This document shows, one piece after another, positions 56,319-64,000 of a DNA stretch of 64,000 nucleotides. Origin of the DNA: Patescibacteria group bacterium (GTDB lineage: Bacteria; Patescibacteriota; Minisyncoccia; Portnoybacterales; GWB1-42-6); contig JAKLIA010000001.1 in NCBI GenBank assembly GCA_022709865.1, forward strand, positions 127,591 to 191,590, in the 5' to 3' direction. Positions within the stretch are counted from its first letter, which is position 1, and each line of letters opens with the position of its first letter. The notes below the pieces were generated by a model, which saw only the letters and a list, made by a program, of their open reading frames with translations, was not told the DNA's origin and ran no database searches. The position numbers and the translations under genes were made by a program.

Positions 56319-56909
56319 ATGAATAAGAGCCTTGATTTTTCACGGAGGGCTCTGAATTTAAGTTTGGCTATTTATCGGATAACAACCAAGTTCCCAAATG
56401 GCGAAGCGCTATCTGGGCAAATGCGGAAAATAGGCAATGAGGTAGCGGGCGATTTAGCAGCCAATAATTTTTCTGGCATCGAAAAAAAGATTGATCGCTT
56501 AAAAATATATTTTGCCATTGCCAAAGCGCAAAACTGGGTTAAGCCGATAAATTGGTCAATTCTGGAAAAAGAATATTGCAAATTAAAAATGGAGGTTGAT
56601 TTTGAGTTGAGAGCGGGCGAGACAGAAGAAAGCGAAGAAGCTATAATAGTGTCGCACAATATTAAGGAGGTAAAAAAACGGAATCGCCTGAAATCTGCTA
56701 TTCCGGCCCAAGAAAGGTTAAATTACCGCCAATCAAAGATCCTGACTGCCTTGGATAAGAAAAGCGGCTTAAAGATGTCCGAATTGGTTCCCCTTTTTAA
56801 TGACGAGATATCAGAACGCACTTTGCGCAATGAACTTCAAGACATGGTTCGGGGTGGTTTGATAAAAAAGAACGGGACAAAAAAATACACAGAATATTTG
56901 AAAGGGTAA
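56319..56909 (+). CDS. putative transcriptional regulator: N-terminal four-helix-bundle domain plus C-terminal winged-helix DNA-binding domain
   Basis: 196 aa; N-terminal RRALNLSLAIYRITTKFPNGEALSGQMRKIGNEVAGDLA resembles the four-helix-bundle proteins found in rRNA intervening sequences; the C-terminal SKILTALDKKSGLKMSELVPLFNDEISERTLRNELQDMVRGGLIKK looks wHTH-like. Confidence 0.45.
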   Translation: MNKSLDFSRRALNLSLAIYRITTKFPNGEALSGQMRKIGNEVAGDLAANNFSGIEKKIDRLKIYFAIAKAQNWVKPINWSILEKEYCKLKMEVDFELRAGETEESEEAIIVSHNIKEVKKRNRLKSAIPAQERLNYRQSKILTALDKKSGLKMSELVPLFNDEISERTLRNELQDMVRGGLIKKNGTKKYTEYLKG

Positions 56910-56910
56910 T

Positions 56911-56970
56911 TTCTATCGGCAATCTATCGGCAACTTGTTGCCGATAGATTGCCGATAGATTGCCGATAGA
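56911..56970. repeat. hairpin built from tandem 11-bp repeats: CTATCGGCAAT x2, a GTTG spacer, then ATTGCCGATAG x3
   Basis: Read directly; about 24 bp of perfect inverted symmetry with a repeat-copy imbalance of 2 versus 3; fills the whole intergenic gap before rfbA. Confidence 0.7.
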
Positions 56971-56973
56971 AAT

Positions 56974-57777
56974 ATGGTAAAAAAAGGCATAATTTTGGCC
57001 GGCGGAACAGCCACTCGCTTGTTTCCGCTAACTGCCACCACTTCCAAGCAGCTTCTCCCGGTTTATGACCGGCAGATGATTTTTTATCCGTTGAACACCC
57101 TCATCAAAGCGGGTATCCGCGATATTTTAGTGATCGTTTCTCCTGAGCATAGCGGTCAATTTTTGAACCTGCTAGGTTCGATCTTTAAAAGCTATGGCGT
57201 GCACCTTTATTTTGAGGTGCAAAAAGTGCCGCGGGGCCTGGCGGAAGCCTTTATTTTAGGCGAAAACTTTATTGATAATAATAGCGTGGCTTTAATATTG
57301 GGCGATAATATTTTTGAAGATGATTTTGCCAAAGCGGTTAAAAGCTTTAAGTCTGGTGGCCAGATATTTGCCAAGAAAGTGGCCGACCCGGAAAGATTAG
57401 GCGTGGTGAAGTTCGATAGCCAAAAAAGAGCAGTTCAAATAGTGGAAAAACCTAAAGAATGGATCAGTGATTATGCGGTGCCTGGCTTTTATATTTATGA
57501 TAAAAATGTGGTAGCCATTGCCAAGAAAATTAAGCCATCGGATAGAGGAGAAATAGAGATAACGGCGGTGAATAATGAGTATCTAAAAAACGGCAAATTA
57601 AAAGTTGGTTTGATAAAAGGCGAATGGCTGGATGCCGGAACTTTTGATTCTTTGCTGGAAGCCGGCTATATCGTTAAAACAAAGAAATTGTATAAAAACT
57701 TCCATCCTTTGGTTGATAAGGCGATTGCGGATTTTAACGAAGAATTGAAGGGGATTTGCAAGAAAAAATTATTTTAA
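56974..57777 (+). CDS. rfbA: glucose-1-phosphate thymidylyltransferase
   Basis: 267 aa; GIILAGGTATRLFPLT...KQLLPVYD N-terminal nucleotidyltransferase motif. Confidence 0.8.
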   Translation: MVKKGIILAGGTATRLFPLTATTSKQLLPVYDRQMIFYPLNTLIKAGIRDILVIVSPEHSGQFLNLLGSIFKSYGVHLYFEVQKVPRGLAEAFILGENFIDNNSVALILGDNIFEDDFAKAVKSFKSGGQIFAKKVADPERLGVVKFDSQKRAVQIVEKPKEWISDYAVPGFYIYDKNVVAIAKKIKPSDRGEIEITAVNNEYLKNGKLKVGLIKGEWLDAGTFDSLLEAGYIVKTKKLYKNFHPLVDKAIADFNEELKGICKKKLF

Positions 57778-57805
57778 AAAATCTTTATTTTATTAAGCTA
57801 AAAAC

Positions 57806-58672
57806 ATGACTAAACAAATCAAAAAAGCGATCGTGGCGGTAGCGGGTTCGGGCACGCGCCTTTTGCCAGCTACCAAGGCTATGCCTAAAGAGATGCTGCC
57901 TATCGTGGATAAGCCAATTATCCAGCTAATTGTTGAAGAATTGGTTGCGGCCGGGATAGAAGATATTATCTTGGTGACCAAGTGGGATAAAAAGCCGCTG
58001 GAAGACCATTTTGACCACAATTGGGCCTTGGGAAACGACCTTAAAAATGCCGGCAAGGAAGAGCTTTGGAACCAGATAAAGAATATCTCTGAAATGGCTA
58101 ATTTTATTTATGTCCGCCAGAAGGGCCCTTATGGCAATGGCACACCGGTTTTATGCGCGGCCAATCTAGTTGATGATGAACCATTCATGTTCGTTTGGGG
58201 TGATGATCTGGTTAAATCAAAAGTGCCTTTTGCCAAGCAAATGGTTGACGATTTTGCCAAGCATGGTTTGCCGATGATCGGGGTCCAGGAAGTATCCAAA
58301 GAAGATGTTTCAAAATACGGCATTGTGAAGCTTAAAGAAGGCTCTATGGAGATAGAAGATATTATAGAAAAGCCGGCAGCGGAAAAAGCGCCGTCTTGCT
58401 TTGCGGATTTTGGCCGGATGATACTGAACCAGGAAATAGTGGAAATATTAAAAGAAACCGCTTTAGGCAAGGGCAATGAATTGTGGATGGTGGATGCTAT
58501 CCGAACTTATGTGAAGAAGGGCAATAAGTTTTTGGCTAAAAAAGTTGAAGGCGGGGAATGGCTGACAACAGGCGACCCGATAAATTATTTGAAGGCTATT
58601 TTAAAATACGCTGCCGATAGGGAGGATATTAAAAAAGAGTTGGCTGAGTTCATAAAAAAGAACTTCTGCTAA
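57806..58672 (+). CDS. galU: UTP--glucose-1-phosphate uridylyltransferase
   Basis: 288 aa; [30 protein letters not shown] signature. Confidence 0.8.
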   Translation: [288 protein letters not shown]

Positions 58673-58681
58673 TGACCGTTT

Positions 58682-59191
58682 GTGGCTAAAATTACCGAAC
58701 AACAATTTTTGGAGTTTTACGATAAAAATGTCGGCAAGATCTACCGCTACATCTATTTTCGGGTTGGCGCCCAAGAACTGGCCCAAGACTTAACCAGCGA
58801 AGTTTTTCTTAAGTCTTGGCAAAGGCTGAACCAAGAAGGCGCCAAAATAGTGGATAATCCCCGCGCTTTTTTTTACCAAGTAGCGCGCAATTTAATCGTC
58901 GATTTCTATCGGCAAAAAGATAAGGCGCCTTTGTCATTGGAAGAAATTGCCGATAGAACTATTGCCGATAGAAATGACGGCCCCAGCGAGACTGCTTCAG
59001 TGGCTTTAGATATGCAATCGGTAAAAAAGGCTTTAATGCACTTGAACGAAGACTACCGCGAAATTATAATTTGGCGGTATCTAGACGAATTAGAAATCAA
59101 GGAAATCGCCGAAATCTTGAATAAGAGAGAGGGGGCGGTCAGAACCCTTCTTTCTCGCGCTTTAGCTGATTTAAAGGGGATTTTAAAGTAG
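58682..59191 (+). CDS. RNA polymerase sigma factor, ECF (sigma-70 regions 2 and 4), GTG start
   Basis: 169 aa; region 2 (IYRYIYFRV...DLTSEVFLKSW) and region 4 HTH (IIIWRYLDELEIKEIAEILNKREGAVRTLLSRA). Confidence 0.8.
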   Translation: MAKITEQQFLEFYDKNVGKIYRYIYFRVGAQELAQDLTSEVFLKSWQRLNQEGAKIVDNPRAFFYQVARNLIVDFYRQKDKAPLSLEEIADRTIADRNDGPSETASVALDMQSVKKALMHLNEDYREIIIWRYLDELEIKEIAEILNKREGAVRTLLSRALADLKGILK

Positions 59192-59249
59192 CTTTTTGTT
59201 ATTCTGGTTTTTAGTGTAATAAAAAAGTGATTTTTGCGTCATATTTAGT

Positions 59250-60314
59250 ATGGAAGATAAAGAACTCATAACTAAGATCCAAGTGCTTAAAGAAATTAAA
59301 CCCAGTGAGGACTGGGTTTTGTCTTGCCGTGGCAAGCTGGCTTTTCGCTTAGAAATGGGGCGGAAACAGGACCTTCTGAAAAAAGATACCTCAACTTTAA
59401 AGGAACTTTTCGCCTTTTTGGGCAATACCAACCGGCAGCCGTCTTTTAACTTAGCTTATAGCCTTTTTATTGCTGCTCTAGTGGTTCTGGGCGGCGGTGG
59501 GGCAACTGTTTGGGCAGCAGCGCAAAGTTTGCCTGGCAGCCCGTTGTATCCTGTAAAATTGGTGATGGAAAAAGCCCGGGTGCAAATGTCTCTATCGGCA
59601 GAAAGCCGGCTTCAACTGCAAACACAGATTGCCGATACCAGATTGCAGGAATTGGAGTTTGTGGTTAATGGGCAGGATTCCGATGCTTTGAAGGTGGAAA
59701 AGATATTCCAGGTGGCCGAAGGCATGCAAGACCAATTGACTATTGCCAATGATGAGCTTCCTAAGGTTGGCGATAAGGCTGAGCCGCAGAAATCATTAGC
59801 GGTGGCTAAAATGGTCAGCGATAAGGCTAGCCAAGCCAGCAAAGCCATAATAGCGGCTAAAGAGAGCTTATCAAGTGATATGAAGTCGGATTTGACCGCT
59901 AAGCTGTCCGATGCGGTTAAAGCAGCGGAAAAAACAGGGCTGGCAGCTTTGGAAGCGATGATAATGAGCCAAGATATTTCTAGTACCACTAAGGCTGAAA
60001 TAGCGGTTAAGCTGCAAGAGGAAATCAAAAATACCGAAGAGCAGGTTTTAGTTAAAGAGCAGAAAATTGCCCAAGCCAACTCTTTTGCCGATAAATTGCC
60101 GATAAGGGCGGTTTTGATCAATCAATTCGAACAAATACACGATTTGCTAGATAAGGCTGCAGAAAGCTTGAATAAGGGAGATTTTAGCGGAACCCTGGAA
60201 ATGCTTAAAGCGGCTAAGGCGATAGATGATGGAACAGATAAAGTGACGGAAAACGCGGTTATGCCGGAAGTTAAGGGGGCGGCCAGCTCTACTGTGGATA
60301 ATCTGGGGAAATAA
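59250..60314 (+). CDS. putative anti-sigma factor / DUF5667-like single-pass membrane protein
   Basis: 354 aa; short cytoplasmic N-terminus, TM (FNLAYSLFIAALVVLGGGGATVWAAA), long helical extracytoplasmic domain; sits immediately downstream of the ECF sigma; the role is inferred from context. Confidence 0.45.
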   Translation: MEDKELITKIQVLKEIKPSEDWVLSCRGKLAFRLEMGRKQDLLKKDTSTLKELFAFLGNTNRQPSFNLAYSLFIAALVVLGGGGATVWAAAQSLPGSPLYPVKLVMEKARVQMSLSAESRLQLQTQIADTRLQELEFVVNGQDSDALKVEKIFQVAEGMQDQLTIANDELPKVGDKAEPQKSLAVAKMVSDKASQASKAIIAAKESLSSDMKSDLTAKLSDAVKAAEKTGLAALEAMIMSQDISSTTKAEIAVKLQEEIKNTEEQVLVKEQKIAQANSFADKLPIRAVLINQFEQIHDLLDKAAESLNKGDFSGTLEMLKAAKAIDDGTDKVTENAVMPEVKGAASSTVDNLGK

Positions 60315-60353
60315 GGGTGTTTAAGGCAAAAGCCGCTATATTTTAATAATTGG

Positions 60354-60382
60354 TTGACTATCGGATAGTTATTTTATATACT
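60354..60382 (+). promoter_or_regulatory. near-consensus sigma70 promoter (TTGACT, 17 nt spacer, TATACT) about 460 nt upstream of the giant surface-protein gene
   Basis: Read directly; the -35 overlaps the palindrome CTATCGGATAG; there is no other gene between it and 60844. Confidence 0.6.
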
Positions 60383-60843
60383 TATTTTATAGAAAAAAAC
60401 CCATTTTCTGCCTTAATTAAGGGCTTTGTCCTTATCTGGGCACGGAAAGGAACTGAAGGTCGTCAAGGCATTTGAGGTTGAAATCCCTCATGTGTTTTGA
60501 GTTGTCGTTTCCGAATGGATTTTTGAAACAAAAAAATAATAAAAAAATAAAAAATCAATTCAGGGATTATTTTTACTTGGCCCCCATTGCGCATCTGTTT
60601 CTTATTGGAACACAGCGGAATGAAAAAAAGGGGGGTGGCAGATTAAACCTCGAGGACACCTCGCTAATATCTTTCGTTATTCGATAAGATAGAAAGCGTA
60701 AATCTCGTTTTAACGAGACCAGGGGGTAAAATTCTGCGGCGCAAGCCCAACAGGATTCTCGCAGGAAGAAATGAGCTTATGAATTGATATTAATTCTGAC
60801 AATTAAAGAAATTTAATTGCAGGATAAAAACAACAAATTAACA

Positions 60844-63800
60844 ATGAGTAAAACATTTAAAAAAGTCGTTTCCGTTACTACCAGCGTGACCACAATTTTG
60901 TGGTTGTCTGGCGTTGCGGCTTTGGCTCCTATGGCTGCTTTTGCTGCCACCATCAATGAAGGTGACACCATCAAGACTGCCACAAGCCCGGATGTTTATA
61001 TTGCTAAATATGTTGGCGCGAAGAAATTCAAGAGACTTATCTTGAACCCTTCCGTCTTCAATAGCTATAAGCATTTGAGCTGGAGCGCTATCAAAACCGT
61101 GACTCAAGCGGAAATGGACGCTTTTACAACTTCTGATTTAGTGAGAGCTTTGGGTGATGCACCGGTTTATAAATTGGTTCCGAACGGTGATGAAGGTACA
61201 AAACAATGGGTCAACATGACTGCCGAGGCGTTTACCGCCGCCGGTTATGATTGGGATTCCATTTATGTAATCAACAACACTGATCGCGACAACTATACGA
61301 CTGGCGCTGCTATCACTGGCGGCACTTCTGTTTCTCCTTCAACCACTGTTACCCCGGGTGTGGCCGGAACCTTAACGGTTTCTTTGGCTTCTGACACTCC
61401 GGCGGCTGGCATTGCGCCTTTGAAGGCGGCCCGAGTTCCGTTTACTAAGTTTGCTTTGACAGCTGGCGCGACTGATGTCACTATCACCGCGATCACTGCT
61501 CAGCGAACCGGTTTAGCGGCTGACACTGCTTTGTCTTCCGTTGCCTTAATTGACAACGCGACAAACTTGCAGGTTGGTTTGAACCAGACCTTGAACTCTG
61601 TTCACCAAGTCACGATTCGCGAAACTATCACCATTCCGGCTAATACCACCAAGTATTATACTTTGGCGGCTAACATGCCTTCATCCTCAGCCAGTGCTTC
61701 TGGCCAGGTTGCTTCTTTGGCTTTGACGGCTATTGAAACTACTTCAACAGTTTCCGGCTCTTTGCCGATAACTGGTAATGGCCAGACAATCAATGAAACT
61801 TTGGCTATCGGCACTTATTCCGGTGCGGCCGGTTCATTGAACGTATCAACTTCTACTAAAGAAGTTGGCGTAACCAATTTCAGTTTCTCTGGCGTCAAAT
61901 TGACTGCCGGCTCAGCTGAAGACGTGACTGTTTATTCCATCAGGTTTAACCAGTCCGGTTCAGCGGCTGCTTCCGATTTGTCCAATGTCATAGTGACTGA
62001 TGGAACAACTAACTATGCCACGACCATCTCTTCCGATGGTAAATACTACACCGCTTCTTTTGGTGCCGCTGGCTTATTGATCGCCAAGGGGCTAAACAAA
62101 GAGTTTACGGTGAAAGGTAATATCGTTAGCGGTTCAGCTCGGACTATCAAGTTCGATATTTATCGCTCAACCGATATCGTGGTAAAGGGTAATGTCTATG
62201 GTTATTATTTGACCATTGATGCCAATACCTCAAATCCGTTCAATACCACCACTAACCCAGTTTTTATGGGTAGCACAATTACTGTGAGTGCTGGCACTTT
62301 GCGGGTTGACAAGAGCGCGACTGGTGCTCCGGCTGCCAATATTACTATTGGCGCGACCAATCAAATTTTGGGCGCTTTTGATTTCGTAGCTGCTGGTGAA
62401 TCTGTTAACGTGGCGAGCATGGTTTTTACCATCACCACTACGACTGTCACCAATAACGGCAAATTGACCAACATTACTTTGTCTAAAGCTGACGGAACAA
62501 TCTTGGCTGGTCCGGTTGACCCGACCTATTCTTCAAGCGGTGTCAATTTGGCGACCTTTACCGGTACTGTTACTTTCCCGGTTGGCACAACCCAGGTTAT
62601 CGTTAAAGGTAATTTGGATAACAACTGGACTGCTAACGACACGATTATCGTGAGTTTGAGCACTCCGGCGACTAAAGTCACCAGTATTACTGGCGTTACA
62701 ACCGGCAATACTATCACTGCCACCCCATCCTCAGCGGTTTCGGCTAACACCATGACCGTGAAGGCTGGCTCTTTGGTTGTGTCAGTTTCTGGTACTCCGG
62801 TTGCCCAGACCGTTATTATGGGTGTAACTGGCTATACTTTTGCCAATTATATCTTTGACGCTTCTGCTTCCGGCGAAGATGTTAAAGTCACTACGATTGA
62901 TTTGCAAGATATCAACGTGACTTCAGCGGAAAGCGAACTTTCCTCAATGCAATTATGGGATGGTTCAACCGCTTTGAACACCGGCAGCAATGTGCCAAAC
63001 TTGACCGATGCGGCTGGCACTAATACCCAGACCTTTACTCTGGACAGCGGTTTGATAATTCCGAAAGGAACTTCAAAGACCATTGCCTTGAAGGGTAATA
63101 TTTCTGGTTCTGCCACCGCCGGCGGCAAGTTCCAGTGGGGCTTGGCAAGCGGCGCGGCTGTGACTGCGACCGGTATGTCAACCACTCTTAACGTTGCCGA
63201 GACCGTTAATGCTGCTGATGGCTCAATAATGACTATCGCGGCGTCCGGTCAATATAGCGTGGCTTTGGATTCTTCAACTCCGACCGGTAAATTGATTGCC
63301 GCGAACACCACGGGCAATACTATGACCGTGTTGAAGTTCTACGCTACCTCTGAACAGATCAACGTCACCAAGGTTCGCTTGTCCTTGAACAATGCCAGCT
63401 CTTCTGGCAATGATTTGAGCCAAGTTTACATCTATGATGGCTCGACTCTGTTGGGCCAGGGTGTCTTGGGTATCGGTAACGCGACTGGTAAGACTAACAA
63501 TGCCAGCTCAACCTTTACTTTGACCACCCCGTTGCAGATTCCGGCCAATACCGACAAGATCGTTACGATCAAAGCCGATATTGCCCCGATCTACACTGCC
63601 AATACCGTTGCGACTGCTGGCCATATGATCGCTATTGATTTCTATGGTTCAACCAGCTCCAGCGAAAACGTTGGTAATGGTGCGTCATCCGGCGTTGAAG
63701 TTCTAAACTACAGCGTAACTACTGCCCAGACTCCGGCTTATATCTTTAAGTCTGTGCCGACAGTGGCTGCTGTGGCTTTGCCTACTTCTTCCTTGACCAA

Positions 63801-64000
63801 TGGCACTAAAGTCATTAGCAAGTTCAGCGTCACGGCTGATGCCAAGGGCGATATTGATCTTTACAAGTTTACCTTTAAGATCTCTACCGACTCTCCGACC
63901 ACCGGCGGTCCGTTGGCTATGCAGAACTTGACTTTAGTTGACGTAACTAGTAGCGCTGAAGCGACTTTATATGCTTCAACTACCCCGCATTACGCCGACT
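60844..64000 (+). CDS. giant secreted repetitive cell-surface protein (S-layer/adhesin-like), 5' partial; it runs off the window end
   Basis: Open frame of more than 1050 codons from the ATG at 60844 with no stop to 64000 (frame checked at several points); Sec signal peptide MSKTFKKVVSVTTSVTTILWLSGVAALAPMAAFA; at least 6 tandem Thr/Ser/Ala/Val-rich beta-type domains of about 130 aa; absent from the ORF track because no stop codon lies in the window. Confidence 0.8.
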   Translation, partial: MSKTFKKVVSVTTSVTTILWLSGVAALAPMAAFAATINEGDTIKTATSPDVYIAKYVGAKKFKRLILNPSVFNSYKHLSWSAIKTVTQAEMDAFTTSDLVRALGDAPVYKLVPNGDEGTKQWVNMTAEAFTAAGYDWDSIYVINNTDRDNYTTGAAITGGTSVSPSTTVTPGVAGTLTVSLASDTPAAGIAPLKAARVPFTKFALTAGATDVTITAITAQRTGLAADTALSSVALIDNATNLQVGLNQTLNSVHQVTIRETITIPANTTKYYTLAANMPSSSASASGQVASLALTAIETTSTVSGSLPITGNGQTINETLAIGTYSGAAGSLNVSTSTKEVGVTNFSFSGVKLTAGSAEDVTVYSIRFNQSGSAAASDLSNVIVTDGTTNYATTISSDGKYYTASFGAAGLLIAKGLNKEFTVKGNIVSGSARTIKFDIYRSTDIVVKGNVYGYYLTIDANTSNPFNTTTNPVFMGSTITVSAGTLRVDKSATGAPAANITIGATNQILGAFDFVAAGESVNVASMVFTITTTTVTNNGKLTNITLSKADGTILAGPVDPTYSSSGVNLATFTGTVTFPVGTTQVIVKGNLDNNWTANDTIIVSLSTPATKVTSITGVTTGNTITATPSSAVSANTMTVKAGSLVVSVSGTPVAQTVIMGVTGYTFANYIFDASASGEDVKVTTIDLQDINVTSAESELSSMQLWDGSTALNTGSNVPNLTDAAGTNTQTFTLDSGLIIPKGTSKTIALKGNISGSATAGGKFQWGLASGAAVTATGMSTTLNVAETVNAADGSIMTIAASGQYSVALDSSTPTGKLIAANTTGNTMTVLKFYATSEQINVTKVRLSLNNASSSGNDLSQVYIYDGSTLLGQGVLGIGNATGKTNNASSTFTLTTPLQIPANTDKIVTIKADIAPIYTANTVATAGHMIAIDFYGSTSSSENVGNGASSGVEVLNYSVTTAQTPAYIFKSVPTVAAVALPTSSLTNGTKVISKFSVTADAKGDIDLYKFTFKISTDSPTTGGPLAMQNLTLVDVTSSAEATLYASTTPHYAD

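Noticed and set aside
60472-60687. 71-aa ORF inside the long leader upstream of the surface-protein gene
   Set aside because: No SD, lysine/asparagine-rich junk composition, and it overlaps poly-A runs, so it is more likely untranslated leader.
60383-60843. Looked for RNase P RNA, tmRNA, 6S RNA or a riboswitch in the 460-nt leader
   Set aside because: No conserved motifs of these RNAs were recognised by eye. It is kept as an unexplained structured leader rather than a named ncRNA.
60838-61107. 89-aa minus-strand ORF at the start of the surface-protein gene
   Set aside because: It overlaps the signal-peptide region of the strongly supported plus-strand giant ORF and is a shadow frame.
1-64000. 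CRISPR arrays, cas genes, IS transposases, integrases, restriction-modification or toxin genes
   Set aside because: No regularly spaced direct repeats and no proteins with recognisable transposase, integrase, Cas or methyltransferase motifs were found in any frame.

Overview
This window looks like a Candidate Phyla Radiation (Patescibacteria-type) genome segment of moderate GC content. Supporting this are a conserved ribosomal-protein superoperon without L30, N- and C-terminal extensions on several r-proteins, and a small metabolic repertoire. The window starts with a flavodoxin-like gene, tRNA-Pro, rpmB and a site-2 protease. Next come the str operon (rpsL, rpsG, fusA, tuf) and the S10-spc cluster from rpsJ to secY, adk and map on the plus strand. 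After map the r-protein cluster stops (no infA, rpmJ, rpsM, rpsK, rpsD, rpoA or rplQ). What follows is a mixed sugar and housekeeping block: a GT2, galT, dedA, tpiA, pgk, recJ and an RNase H. It is followed by a cell-envelope polysaccharide cluster with a Wzz-like protein, two GT4, a large DUF4012-like membrane protein and murJ. Then come lepA, an FtsB-like gene, and tRNA-Gly and tRNA-Thr separated by a GC-rich structured repeat. After these are prfB with its programmed +1 frameshift, ftsE, ftsX and tRNA-Gln followed by a second copy of the same repeat. Next to that repeat sits an AT-rich islet carrying a small GIY-YIG nuclease and a Cys-containing membrane protein. Further genes are capA-like, GH1 and GH5-like hydrolases, a ROK kinase, a ZIP transporter, iscS, iscU, clpB and a catalytically dead HtrA-like gene. 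A dTDP-rhamnose locus follows (rmlC, rmlB, rmlD, rmlA, galU) in which nearly every gene has its own promoter and terminator, interspersed with small unknown genes. The locus also holds a four-helix-bundle plus wHTH regulator preceded by a 26-bp palindrome, a hairpin of 11-bp tandem repeats, and an ECF sigma with a putative anti-sigma. The window ends with a near-consensus promoter, a leader of about 460 nt and a giant tandem-repeat secreted surface protein that runs off the end. The candidates most likely to be undescribed are the tRNA-linked structured repeats with the AT-rich islet, and the palindrome/iteron/sigma/surface-protein regulatory region.
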